In this document: one piece after another, positions 39,775 through 48,945 of the stretch
Layout of the letters: each line of letters begins with the position of its first letter
How positions within the stretch are numbered: the first letter of the stretch is position 1
Notes under the pieces: generated by a model
Seen by the model: the letters and a program-made list of their open reading frames with translations, nothing else
Told to the model about the DNA's origin: nothing
The model's database searches: none
DNA from: Candidatus Woykebacteria bacterium
GTDB taxonomy: Bacteria; Patescibacteriota; Microgenomatia; Woykebacterales; RBG-16-39-9b
DNA length: 64,000 nt
Reading direction: 5' to 3'
Assembly (NCBI GenBank): GCA_040876265.1
Contig: JBBDPN010000001.1
Coordinates: 246,208-310,207 of the forward strand
Position numbers and translations under genes: made by a program

Positions 39775-40033
39775 TTATCAGTTCGGAATCTACTGCATTA
39801 GTCACTTTTTCAAGAAATTCAAGAGATGGATTGGCGTTACCAGATTCCAGTCTAGCAATAGCAGATTGTTTGGTTCCAATCTTTTTCGCAAGCTGTTCTT
39901 GGGTGACACCTTTATTTAATCTTGCCTCAATCAGTTGAGAGATGATTTGGTAGTGAGGTTTCAAACTTTTGTATTCGCCAGAAACCTTTTTATCCTGAAG
40001 TAATTCTTTTTTTAGAGTTCTCCAACTTTTCAT
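39761..40033 (-). CDS. XRE-family HTH antitoxin (HigA-like)
   Basis: Has LNKGVTQEQLAKKIGTKQSAIARLESG, the Cro/C1 HTH. It lies downstream of the toxin gene, as in higBA. Confidence 0.7.
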   Translation of the reverse strand: MKSWRTLKKELLQDKKVSGEYKSLKPHYQIISQLIEARLNKGVTQEQLAKKIGTKQSAIARLESGNANPSLEFLEKVTNAVDSELIIQTK

Positions 40034-40062
40034 AGTGAGATAAATATAACATATATGTTATA

Positions 40063-40395
40063 TTAAGTCAAACTGCTTAGTCGTTTCAAAGCAATATCAA
40101 TTTCTTTCCTGGGCGTTTTTTGTTGCTTTTTAATAAATCCATGAAGCAGATAGATATCTTTTCTAATAAAACTATATAAAATTCGTACCTCTTGTTTCCC
40201 TCGCACTCTTAACTCATATAAACCTGAAGTTAATTTCTTTGAATGCGGCATCCCAAGCTGGTTACCATATTTTTCTAATAAATCGATTATGTGAATTGTT
40301 TTGGCGATAGTTGACTTATCTAAAGACGCAATGAGTTCTTCAACAGGTTTTTCATCACGAGAGGTTTCAAATAAGATAATATTCCAAGGCATCAT
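40063..40395 (-). CDS. Type II toxin, RelE/ParE superfamily (HigB / phage Gp49-like, PF05973)
   Basis: Has ...LYELRVRGKQEVRILYSFIRKDIYLLHGFIKKQQKTPRKEIDIALKR, the Gp49/HigB consensus. Confidence 0.65.
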   Translation of the reverse strand: MMPWNIILFETSRDEKPVEELIASLDKSTIAKTIHIIDLLEKYGNQLGMPHSKKLTSGLYELRVRGKQEVRILYSFIRKDIYLLHGFIKKQQKTPRKEIDIALKRLSSLT

Positions 40396-40570
40396 TAATT
40401 ATTTTAACAAAGTTGAAACCTTAAGAATAGTTTGATTTATCAGTGCAATTTTTGGTGAACCTTAGTTTAATGCTGACAAACGAGATTATAGATCAATTGG
40501 TGGAAACTTTCAAAGGCTGGAGTACAGTTTTCAAGGCTTACCCTCTGCAAAACTCCGCTTGCTAGCTCAC

Positions 40571-40807
40571 CTAAGTGGTAGTAATTCCATCATTCCTGGT
40601 GGCTGATCTTATTTTCTCAACTAAGTCTTCTGTCGAGGTACCAGGTCCATATTCTACATCTAAATCTTCTGCGATGGACTTCAACTTCTCCTGTGCTTCA
40701 GGACTATCGTCTTTTGCAAGGGATTGGAGATATTCAAAATCCGGTTGGCCGTGCTCATTTCGCCAATCTTCCATCTCTTCTATTTTTTTATCATTATTTT
40801 GTTGCAT
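40571..40807 (-). CDS. Small acidic hypothetical protein
   Basis: 78-aa frame from the internal Met (MQQNNDKK...). No recognisable domain. Confidence 0.3.
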   Translation of the reverse strand: MQQNNDKKIEEMEDWRNEHGQPDFEYLQSLAKDDSPEAQEKLKSIAEDLDVEYGPGTSTEDLVEKIRSATRNDGITTT

Positions 40808-41153
40808 ATTTTTTAATATTATAACACCAAAGATAGAATTCTTACTTTGATATAACGGTTGTTTTTCTTTAGGTTCAAAGTTCGAATCAACAATGGTTGT
40901 AGTCTTTTTTGGCGAAAAACAGAGGCTAAAAATCTGCAAAAATTTGGTGAGCCTGCTGCCCCTAGAATGAAACTCGCTCGAGGCTCATTTACTTAAAGTT
41001 TACCACACTTTCAGGCAATATAACGTCGCTGCCTGACCAATCGGCATTTAAGTTGAATTTTCGCAAAAGAAAAACGACCATTAATAATAACCTATAATTT
41101 TACTTATAAGAATATTTTTGGTATAATTAGCTCTAATCTGCCCAAGTAAAATT

Positions 41154-43001
41154 ATGTTATTTGGGTTGAGCGCATTTCTTTCAGCTGCCTTTTTATACAG
41201 TTCTTTTGGCTTTGCTTTTGCAATTGTTCTTATCGCGATCCGTAACCTATACCGTACTAATTGGACTCTAAGTAAAGAACTTACTCTTTTGCTGCTTTCT
41301 CAAATAGGCTCACTAGGGTTTAGTTATCTTGCGGTCCAACATTTAGGTTTGTCTCTATTGTTTCCTTTATCAATAAATATAATATTTCTACTTGTTACGG
41401 TCAGATTTCTGTCAAATTATTCTTGGATTGGTAGATATTTTCTTATTTCCAATTTCTCCCTTCTTTTTTTTGGATTGCTGTGGAGTATTTGGTTTATTTA
41501 TTCGATACCAATAAGCCCTCTGACTCGTATGCTAATTCTTTTAGCGGCTCCACTTGCTGTACTAACTATTCCTAGTGCTATAGTTCAATTCATCGAACAA
41601 TTTGAAGTCTTGTGTCGTAAAAACTGGATTAGACCGAGAGAAAGCTTGCCAATTACTCCAAGAGATTATTATCCTAAAGTTTCCCTGCAGGTGCCGATTT
41701 ATTCTGAGCCACCTGAAATCGTGATAGAAACCTTAGAGGCTCTATCTAAAATAGATTACCCAAACTTCGAGGTATTGGTAGTAGATAACAACACAAAAGA
41801 TTTAAACCTCTGGAGACCTGTTAGGGAGCATTGTCAAAAGCTAGGGGATAAATTTAGGTTTTTCCATCTTGATTCCTTGCCAGGTGCAAAAGCGGGTGCA
41901 TTAAACTTTGCCTTGATGGTTGCCGCACCTGATGCGGAAATAATCGGGGTGATTGACGCTGATTATCACGCTCAGCCAGACTTTTTAAAATCGCTCATCG
42001 GTTACTTTGATGATCCTAAAATAGGTTTTGTGCAGGCTCCACACGACTACAGAGACTGGGAGAATAACGCCTATCTACGTATGTGTTATTACGAATACAA
42101 AATTTTCTTTCACACTACCATGGTAGCTATTAACGAACGTGATGCTGCCATGACAGTCGGGACGATGTGTTTAATTAGGCGTCAAGCATTAGAAGAGGCT
42201 GGCGGTTGGGCTGAGTGGTGTGTGACTGAAGATTCGGAACTAGCTATTCGTATTCATGCCGTTGGGTACTCCTCAGTTTATCTGACCGAGTCTTACGGTA
42301 AGGGGCTTATTCCCGAAACTTTCGAGGGTTACAAAAACCAGCGTTACCGCTGGACGGCTGGCCCTGTACAGGAATTTAAACACCATTTTAATCTTTTGAT
42401 GCTTTGGCCCTGGAAGAAACCTTCTTTGTTGACTCTAGTGCAGCAGACACACCACCTCAATCACGGTTTAGATAGGGTTACAGTTGGTTTGGGGTTTTTA
42501 CTTATTCCTTTAGGGTTTGGTGTTATAGCTTCAATGGTTTTCCACCGCGAGGTGGTCCAAGTACCTTTTGAACTGTGGCTAGCTGCCACTGTACTTCTGA
42601 TATCAGGAGTTTTTTTAAATTGGCTTCTCTACAAAGTTGTCCTGGGTGCTTCCTTGAAAGATACAATTGGGGCACTTATAGCAAGTAAGGCCTTAAGTCA
42701 CACTATTTCTTTGGCTAGCTTTAGGGCAATTTTCAAAGAAAAAATGCCTTGGAATAGAACCGACAAGTTTAAGGCTAGTTCAAGGCTACTTAGAGCATTA
42801 GAAACTACGAAGGTCGAATTGTTACTAGGCTCAGGCATTTTTGTATTTATAGTCTTTGCTTTTCTGTTAATGCCCTTACCAGGGTTGTTATTAATGTTTT
42901 TGATCGGGATGGGTTATAAAGGTTTTGATTACTTATCTGCTTCACTAGTAGCTGTTTTATCTGAATTAAGTATAAACAAAGATAAAACCAAGGTAATTTA
43001 G
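41154..43001 (+). CDS. Membrane-embedded family-2 glycosyltransferase (processive beta-glycan synthase-like)
   Basis: TM N-terminus and C-terminus around a GT-A core with the D, DAD, and Q(R/Q)xRW (QRYRW) motifs. Confidence 0.8.
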   Translation: MLFGLSAFLSAAFLYSSFGFAFAIVLIAIRNLYRTNWTLSKELTLLLLSQIGSLGFSYLAVQHLGLSLLFPLSINIIFLLVTVRFLSNYSWIGRYFLISNFSLLFFGLLWSIWFIYSIPISPLTRMLILLAAPLAVLTIPSAIVQFIEQFEVLCRKNWIRPRESLPITPRDYYPKVSLQVPIYSEPPEIVIETLEALSKIDYPNFEVLVVDNNTKDLNLWRPVREHCQKLGDKFRFFHLDSLPGAKAGALNFALMVAAPDAEIIGVIDADYHAQPDFLKSLIGYFDDPKIGFVQAPHDYRDWENNAYLRMCYYEYKIFFHTTMVAINERDAAMTVGTMCLIRRQALEEAGGWAEWCVTEDSELAIRIHAVGYSSVYLTESYGKGLIPETFEGYKNQRYRWTAGPVQEFKHHFNLLMLWPWKKPSLLTLVQQTHHLNHGLDRVTVGLGFLLIPLGFGVIASMVFHREVVQVPFELWLAATVLLISGVFLNWLLYKVVLGASLKDTIGALIASKALSHTISLASFRAIFKEKMPWNRTDKFKASSRLLRALETTKVELLLGSGIFVFIVFAFLLMPLPGLLLMFLIGMGYKGFDYLSASLVAVLSELSINKDKTKVI

Positions 43002-43297
43002 GCTTTAACTTTAGCCATATTTTCTTGATGTGTCGGTCTATTTACATTACCACATTTTTTTGAAGTGCCGGCGTAATGGTCCTCCCATAGGTTCATTTAA
43101 CTATAAACCTCTGCTTCAAGTTCCTTGCCAAGTTGAACTTTAAGAAGAGTTGTAAACCACTCTACGGCAGCCTCGCCTTGCTTTTTTTGGGCTTATATTC
43201 CAGGTGGCACCGACCTATCAAGAGCTGATCAATGGAACACCTAGATTAGCCTGTCTTTTCAGGCTAAATGACGCCTATAAAACCTCACCAAAACAAA

Positions 43298-43372
43298 TGG
43301 TGAGCCCGGTGGGATTCGAACCCACAACGCACAGCTTAAAAGGCTGTCGCTCTACCGTTGAGCTACGGGCCC
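43298..43372 (-). tRNA. tRNA-Lys (anticodon UUU), CCA encoded
   Basis: Reverse complement GGGCCCGTAGCTCAACGGTAGAGCGACAGCCTTTTAAGCTGT...GGTTCGAATCC..GGGCTCACCA. Confidence 0.8.
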
Positions 43373-43538
43373 AAGATCAGCCTATCTTACCAAATTAGCC
43401 TTAAACTTTCAATAAAATTGATGTAATCCTAGCATTTTTGGTGTAAGATACAAAATTTTTTGTTCCAGGTGGTATAATCCCATAACAAACTGGGTAGGCT
43501 GGGATGAATTCATATCACAACAACTGGAGGAAGAGATC

Positions 43539-44036
43539 ATGTCCGAATCGGTAAGGGATGTGTTGCGGAAACTCGCGCAGAGACAAGCAAGGCTAGAACG
43601 CCTACGCAACCTTGGAGCCCCAGACTTCGTTCTAAAGAACGAGGAAGAGCTCGTTAAGAGGTCCGAGAGGAAACTCTGGGAAATGATGGACCCAGCCATA
43701 AGTACGGAAAATCAGGAAACGCCACCTATGCTTGGCATCCTTGGTAGAGAAACTCTTTTCGCAAGGTGCGAGGCTCTGATAGAAGAGCTTCTTGATGAAC
43801 TACTTCTAAGCAACCTAATCCAAAAGATGGACGAGATGCTGGAGAAGAGGGTACGAGAAGCGGGGATGGATGTACCGATGGAAATAGTTGGGACTGATGA
43901 GGAAATCACGCTGTTCCAAGAACATGCACCCCAGCTCTTTGAATTCCGTGAGATGACGTGGGAGGTCTACTTTAATCTAAAGGAGAGACCTCTCACCCAA
44001 AAGTGGGAGGAAGCACGAAAGCTCCTTAACTTGTAA
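43539..44036 (+). CDS. GC-rich hypothetical helical protein (foreign composition)
   Basis: 165-aa ORF at about 49% GC. SD GGAGGAAG lies 6 nt upstream, and a TGgTATAAT extended -10 sits at ~43483. No known domain. An antisense ORF at 43409..43699 was rejected. Confidence 0.45.
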   Translation: MSESVRDVLRKLAQRQARLERLRNLGAPDFVLKNEEELVKRSERKLWEMMDPAISTENQETPPMLGILGRETLFARCEALIEELLDELLLSNLIQKMDEMLEKRVREAGMDVPMEIVGTDEEITLFQEHAPQLFEFREMTWEVYFNLKERPLTQKWEEARKLLNL

Positions 44037-44227
44037 CGACAACCCGCACAACATTAGCTTTGGAGAGGGTTTCAATTCCTGCCCTTTCCTTCCTTTAAAC
44101 CTTAAAGGTACGAGAACTTTTTGGCCAAACAACTTAAACTGTGTTACAAACTCCTTAAACCTGAACAAAAACTTTCGTGGATCCCCAACCTTATAGTTAT
44201 CAAAACTATTCCCCAACGAACTATAAA

Positions 44228-44257
44228 TGTATCAAGTTGACATATCTTATAGTATTG
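44228..44257 (+). promoter_or_regulatory. Sigma70-like promoter (TTGACA-18-TATAAT)
   Basis: Consensus TTGACA at 44228 and TATAAT at 44252. An AAGGAG SD follows, then the ATG at 44302. Confidence 0.45.
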
Positions 44258-44301
44258 GTGTATAATAATGTTCCAGTAGGGCCTGCTGGTAAGGAGAAGC
44301 T

Positions 44302-44640
44302 ATGGAAAAGAGAAGGCAGGATTACTACAAAGGAAGATGGAAACGATACGTAGTTGCCACCCTATATGCCCTATTGTTACTCGCCGAAGCCGGCGAGTTT
44401 TTTGTAGCCAATGAGACTCACTACCCTCAGAACCAACACACTGAAGCCGTCCACACTATGGATATACCCGACCACCTACCCGAAGGTAATGAAAAAAAGG
44501 AATTAAAGGCGGTAAAAGTTTGTACTATCAACAGAGCATACCGTGTCCACAGTGTCTCTGCAAATAAATCTTGCTGTATGGAAACCATTTTCACAGATAC
44601 CGAGCTTTCAGCTAATACCCTTGCGGAAAATATCGCTTGA
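44302..44640 (+). CDS. Small signal-anchored hypothetical protein
   Basis: Served by the consensus promoter and SD upstream. One N-terminal hydrophobic helix. Confidence 0.35.
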   Translation: MEKRRQDYYKGRWKRYVVATLYALLLLAEAGEFFVANETHYPQNQHTEAVHTMDIPDHLPEGNEKKELKAVKVCTINRAYRVHSVSANKSCCMETIFTDTELSANTLAENIA

Positions 44641-44687
44641 TTACCTATTGACAAATAATAATCGAAAAAGGTATTGTGGAGAAAGCT

Positions 44688-45233
44688 ATGAGGTTTACCA
44701 GATATTTCAAAAAATTCCAATCAAAGCTGGTTTTACCGATGATAGCCACTGCTATTTTACTCGTCCTCTTAGCTGTCAACCCATCCAGTACTAATCCGAC
44801 TAACGCAGGGAAAATGATTAATTCTGAAGATACAAAAGTCTTGGCAGAACAATCGGAAGAAGCCTCGTCGCAATCAACCAAAAGTTCTACAGAAAGCCAA
44901 AACATCAATTCAGAGGTCGATGAACAATCCTCCCGATCTTCTACAAACTCAAGTTTTAGTCTTTCTATAAACGCCAGCTCTTTCACCACTAACGGTGAAA
45001 CTACAGGGTCCACAGATATCTCTGCAAAAATTAACGAAAACAATCTAGGTGACGTATTCGACGAGTGTATGGAAAATGGTGATGTGAAAATAAACGCGGA
45101 CAGAACAAAGGTCGATTGTGAGTATAATGATGGAACGTTAGAAATAGATTTTAGGTCAGACAACCGGACAAGAACAAAAAATAAAAGCGAGTTTAGTTCA
45201 AAGATAGAAACTAAGAACAATCACGACGATTAA
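44688..45233 (+). CDS. Secreted Ser/Thr-rich low-complexity protein
   Basis: Signal peptide, S/T/N-rich middle, Cys-containing C-terminus. The opposite-strand ORF 44645..45220 was judged less protein-like. Confidence 0.3.
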   Translation: MRFTRYFKKFQSKLVLPMIATAILLVLLAVNPSSTNPTNAGKMINSEDTKVLAEQSEEASSQSTKSSTESQNINSEVDEQSSRSSTNSSFSLSINASSFTTNGETTGSTDISAKINENNLGDVFDECMENGDVKINADRTKVDCEYNDGTLEIDFRSDNRTRTKNKSEFSSKIETKNNHDD

Positions 45234-45286
45234 ACCACAAATCTTCTTTTTGACTTTTTTCCTAGTTTAAAAGATAATAATTTCAA

Positions 45287-45793
45287 ATGGCAGACCCTGC
45301 CCCGGACAGAGATATAGAATTTCTAGGACCAGAGTTCTCTAGCCCAAAGGATATCTTCAGGCAGATAGATCCTTCTGTCTACAAGCAACTTCTCATTTTT
45401 TTGGGAATATCCATATTACTCGCTGCCGGATTTTATATTTACCTTCAAATTAGCCAGAACGCACAAGTAAATAGGGAAACTGGTAGACCCCAAAGCCAGG
45501 TCCAGACAACAAATAAAGAAGCAGAAGAAGTGATAAAGCAGATTTTTAGTCGGGATCAACAGCGAAAAAATGACGTGGCGACAATAAATTCCGCGTTGAA
45601 AAGTTTCTTTTTAGATAATAAGAAAGCACCAGAAACATTAGATGAACTTGTTCCTGAAATTCTTGCCCAGCTGCCAACGGACCCCGAGACCAGTGAGAAC
45701 TATAAGTATGAGCCGGCGGCTGATCTCACCAACTGGAAAATTTCGGCGATACTGTCAAAAGATAAAATGTTTGAAGTAGAAGGCCCTAGATAA
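45287..45793 (+). CDS. Type IV pilin/pseudopilin-like protein with non-canonical N-terminus
   Basis: FSRDQQRKNDVATINSALKSFFLDNKKAPETLDEL...LPTDP matches the pilin globular-domain start, but the canonical G|FTLIE leader is absent. Confidence 0.4.
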   Translation: MADPAPDRDIEFLGPEFSSPKDIFRQIDPSVYKQLLIFLGISILLAAGFYIYLQISQNAQVNRETGRPQSQVQTTNKEAEEVIKQIFSRDQQRKNDVATINSALKSFFLDNKKAPETLDELVPEILAQLPTDPETSENYKYEPAADLTNWKISAILSKDKMFEVEGPR

Positions 45794-45794
45794 A

Positions 45795-48089
45795 TTACGC
45801 TGAACGCTTACCGACTAGCTCTTTTTCCGCCTCGTGAACTATCTTCCGGGTTTTTTCAATTGCATCGGGCGATACCGAAACTGAAGATATACCCCAACCT
45901 ACTAATTTTTTAGTCAACTCTGGATAAACTGAAGGGGCTTGACCGCAAATACACGAATAGAGCCTTCTTTTCTGGCATTCCTTTATCACCCGCTCAATGC
46001 TAGCTAAAACAGATGGATCCAGCTCATTGAACTCTCCGGAAATTTTAGCATTATCTCTATCCAGACCTAAAAGCAGCATTGTCAAATCATTGCTACCAAT
46101 GGAAATACCGTCTATCCCCAAATCTAAAAACTTATCGATCAAAACTACGTTCGAGGGTATTTCGACCATCATCAGCAGTTTAAAGCTACTGCTGCGGTGT
46201 AGACCGGACGCGGAAACAAGTTTTTTTACCTTTTCCATCTCATCGACAGTTCTCACAAAGGGTATCATGAGCCATATATTTTTGAATCCTTTTTTGTTCC
46301 GGACGATTTTGATGGCCTCTAGTTCCATTTCGAAAACCTGTGGATCAGAGACGTACCGATAGGCTCCCCGATATCCCAGAAGTGGATTTACCTCATCCTC
46401 TTCATACTTTTCCCCACCTTTTAAATTTTTGTATTCGTTTGTCTTAAAATCTGTTGCTCGGTAGATAACTGGCCGGGGCTCAAAGGCAGAAGCAAAAAGT
46501 TCTAAACCTTCTGCTAGTTTATTGATAAAAACTTTTTGTTTTCCATCGCTTATCATTTTTCTTGGGTGGGTACCGATTTCGGCAATCATAAACTCGGCTC
46601 TCAAAAGCCCCACTCCATCCACATGCCTAGTGGCTACTTCTTGAGCGAGCTGTTTTTCGCCAAGATTTACGAGCACCTTAGTAGCTGTTTTCAAAAATCG
46701 AGTTTGAGCTCCTTCTTTCTTCTCAGCAAACTCCATCGCGGCAAGCCGATTTTGACTTAAAGCGCCCTTGTAAACCAAACCCGCTTCCCCATTAACCGTT
46801 ACTACACTTCGGTTATTGTGTAATAATTTCGTAGCTGTATCTGTACCGACCACACAGGGTATCCCTAGCTCTCGTGAGACGATAGCAGCGTGGGAAGTAC
46901 GGCCGCCTTTGTCCGTTATTATCGCCGCTGCTTTTTTCATAGCCGGTACGTAGTCTGGGTCGGTCATTGTTGCTACCAGTACATCACCGTTTTTAATTTT
47001 ATGAATTTCCTTTGCGCTCTTGAGGATTTTTGACGTACCAACACCAATCCCTGGCGACGCTGGTGATCCTTTTAGCAAAATCGGTAGATCAATTGTTATA
47101 CTCTGCCGACTACCCTCTTTTGTTTTACCAATTGTGGTGACTGCTCTTGCTTGAACTATATAAAGTTTTTCTTCCTCCAAGGCCCACTCAATATCCTGAG
47201 GAAAACCATAGTGACTTTCAATTTTTTTGCCAAGTCTAGCCAGTGACTTTATGAACCTGTCGGGAAGTTTTTGGACAGAGCGGTATTTTTTACCAACCAA
47301 AATTTCTTTATTGCTCTTCCCAATCTTTATCAGTTGCTTATCCTGAGCCGCAATTTGTTTTTCAGTGAGCTTTAAATCCTCTTTATCAAGCTCGTAGTGA
47401 TCAGGGTTTACTGTACCCTGAACCATAAACTCCCCCAACCCCCAAACGGCCTCAATAATTACTTTCTTTTTATTATTCTGGACTGGGTCAACAGTAAACA
47501 TTACCCCTGATACCTCAGACTGAACCATTTCCTGAACAACAACCGCAATACCAACTTTGAAATGATCAAATTTTTTCTCTTCCCGGTAAAAAATCGCCCG
47601 TGGCTCGTATAATGAAGCCCAGCATCTACTTACAGCGTCAAGCAATTCCCTCTCTCCCTGTACATTAAGAAAAGTCTCTTGTTGACCAGCGAAAGAAGCA
47701 TCGGGTAGATCCTCAGCGGTAGCAGAAGAACGAACCGCTACTAGAGCTGGCCCTTGTTTAGATAATTTTCGATAATTGGTAACTATTTTGGTGGTTAATT
47801 CTTTTGGAACTGGCGATTTTCTTATTAAATCTTTTATTAGTGAGGAGGCTTCGTTGAGAAGTTCGGACTCGTTTGGATCTACTTTATCCAGTAACTTTTT
47901 GAACTTACTTTTTAGGTCAGCCTTTTCTAAAAAATCAAAATAGGCACCGGCGGTAATAGTAAAGCCATCAGGAACAGGAACGTTTATTTTTGCAAGTTCA
48001 CCAAGATTGGCGGCTTTACCACCAACCAAAGGAACGTCCTCTTTATCGGTTTGAGAAAACCAAAGAATAGATTCGGGCATGTAAAGCAA
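45795..48089 (-). CDS. ppsA: Phosphoenolpyruvate synthase (pyruvate, water dikinase)
   Basis: ATP-grasp N-terminus, mobile His domain (GGRTSHAAIVSRELGIP), and PEP-utilising C-terminus with a catalytic Cys (CGQAPSVYPE). Confidence 0.85.
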   Translation of the reverse strand: MLYMPESILWFSQTDKEDVPLVGGKAANLGELAKINVPVPDGFTITAGAYFDFLEKADLKSKFKKLLDKVDPNESELLNEASSLIKDLIRKSPVPKELTTKIVTNYRKLSKQGPALVAVRSSATAEDLPDASFAGQQETFLNVQGERELLDAVSRCWASLYEPRAIFYREEKKFDHFKVGIAVVVQEMVQSEVSGVMFTVDPVQNNKKKVIIEAVWGLGEFMVQGTVNPDHYELDKEDLKLTEKQIAAQDKQLIKIGKSNKEILVGKKYRSVQKLPDRFIKSLARLGKKIESHYGFPQDIEWALEEEKLYIVQARAVTTIGKTKEGSRQSITIDLPILLKGSPASPGIGVGTSKILKSAKEIHKIKNGDVLVATMTDPDYVPAMKKAAAIITDKGGRTSHAAIVSRELGIPCVVGTDTATKLLHNNRSVVTVNGEAGLVYKGALSQNRLAAMEFAEKKEGAQTRFLKTATKVLVNLGEKQLAQEVATRHVDGVGLLRAEFMIAEIGTHPRKMISDGKQKVFINKLAEGLELFASAFEPRPVIYRATDFKTNEYKNLKGGEKYEEDEVNPLLGYRGAYRYVSDPQVFEMELEAIKIVRNKKGFKNIWLMIPFVRTVDEMEKVKKLVSASGLHRSSSFKLLMMVEIPSNVVLIDKFLDLGIDGISIGSNDLTMLLLGLDRDNAKISGEFNELDPSVLASIERVIKECQKRRLYSCICGQAPSVYPELTKKLVGWGISSVSVSPDAIEKTRKIVHEAEKELVGKRSA

Positions 48090-48148
48090 ATTTTAACACG
48101 CTCCTTAAGCGCTAATCAATGTCTATTACAAGAGAGACGCTACCTTAT

Positions 48149-48835
48149 CTATTCCAAGATTCGATCGAAGAATTTCTTCAGAACTTTTTCGGCAGTCTCC
48201 TTACCGCCAAGTCCAAAAGCGAGACCACCAGAAAGAGCAAGCATAGCGACTAGACCGGTAAAGAGTATTCTTATAAGGTCGGTAGCAACCCCAAGTTGGT
48301 TTAAAGCAGCCAGGAAGGAAAAGATAATTATCGCCCACCTTGCTACCTCACCAACGATCTGGGAAAGTTGAGCTCCAAGACCTGTAGCTGTCGCCGTAAC
48401 AAAATCACGGGCGATCTTCGCAAAAATCGCTCCAATTGCGACAATGATAACGGCAACTACCACGTTAGGAATATACAAGAGCAATGATTTGAGTATGTCG
48501 TTTACCTCGCCTAGCCCCAGTTGATCTACCGCTGGTATTAAGAAGATTAGGATCACAAACCAACGCAGTAATTCCCCAAGCAAGCTAGAAATTGTAAGTG
48601 AAGTTTCCGTTTTTTTTAGAGCATGAGTAATTCCGGTGGTTGACAGAGCTTGTTCGAAATTGACCGTCTCCAAAATCCTTAACAAGATCCTACGCAGTAT
48701 CGAAGCAACAATTACGCCAACTATAAAGATAACAAACGCAGCGAGCAGATTTGGCAAAAAGTTGGCTGTTGCTACCAAAGAATCGCTTAGAGCAGAGGTC
48801 ACACTACTTCCAATGTCGTTTATCAAGATTTTCAC
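48149..48835 (-). CDS. TM-helix-repeat (PF05552-like) membrane protein, paralog A
   Basis: Repeated amphipathic TM pairs. About 35% identical in architecture to the neighbouring paralog. Confidence 0.45.
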   Translation of the reverse strand: MKILINDIGSSVTSALSDSLVATANFLPNLLAAFVIFIVGVIVASILRRILLRILETVNFEQALSTTGITHALKKTETSLTISSLLGELLRWFVILIFLIPAVDQLGLGEVNDILKSLLLYIPNVVVAVIIVAIGAIFAKIARDFVTATATGLGAQLSQIVGEVARWAIIIFSFLAALNQLGVATDLIRILFTGLVAMLALSGGLAFGLGGKETAEKVLKKFFDRILE

Positions 48836-48945
48836 CTCCCATCTACCATATAGTATATTAGTAAATCCATTATTATGTCAACATAAAAACACAGCCCCGC
48901 TCTTTTCGCGGGACCATGTTTAAATTTTTGAGAGAGTCTCTTATG

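Noticed and set aside
43409-43699. 96-aa minus-strand ORF
   Set aside because: It overlaps the better-supported plus-strand ORF 43539..44036, which has a promoter, an SD and a helical protein-like sequence. The minus-strand translation is Ser-rich and low-complexity.
44645-45220. 191-aa minus-strand ORF
   Set aside because: It is antisense to the plus-strand ORF, which has a signal peptide and an SD. The choice is low-confidence either way.
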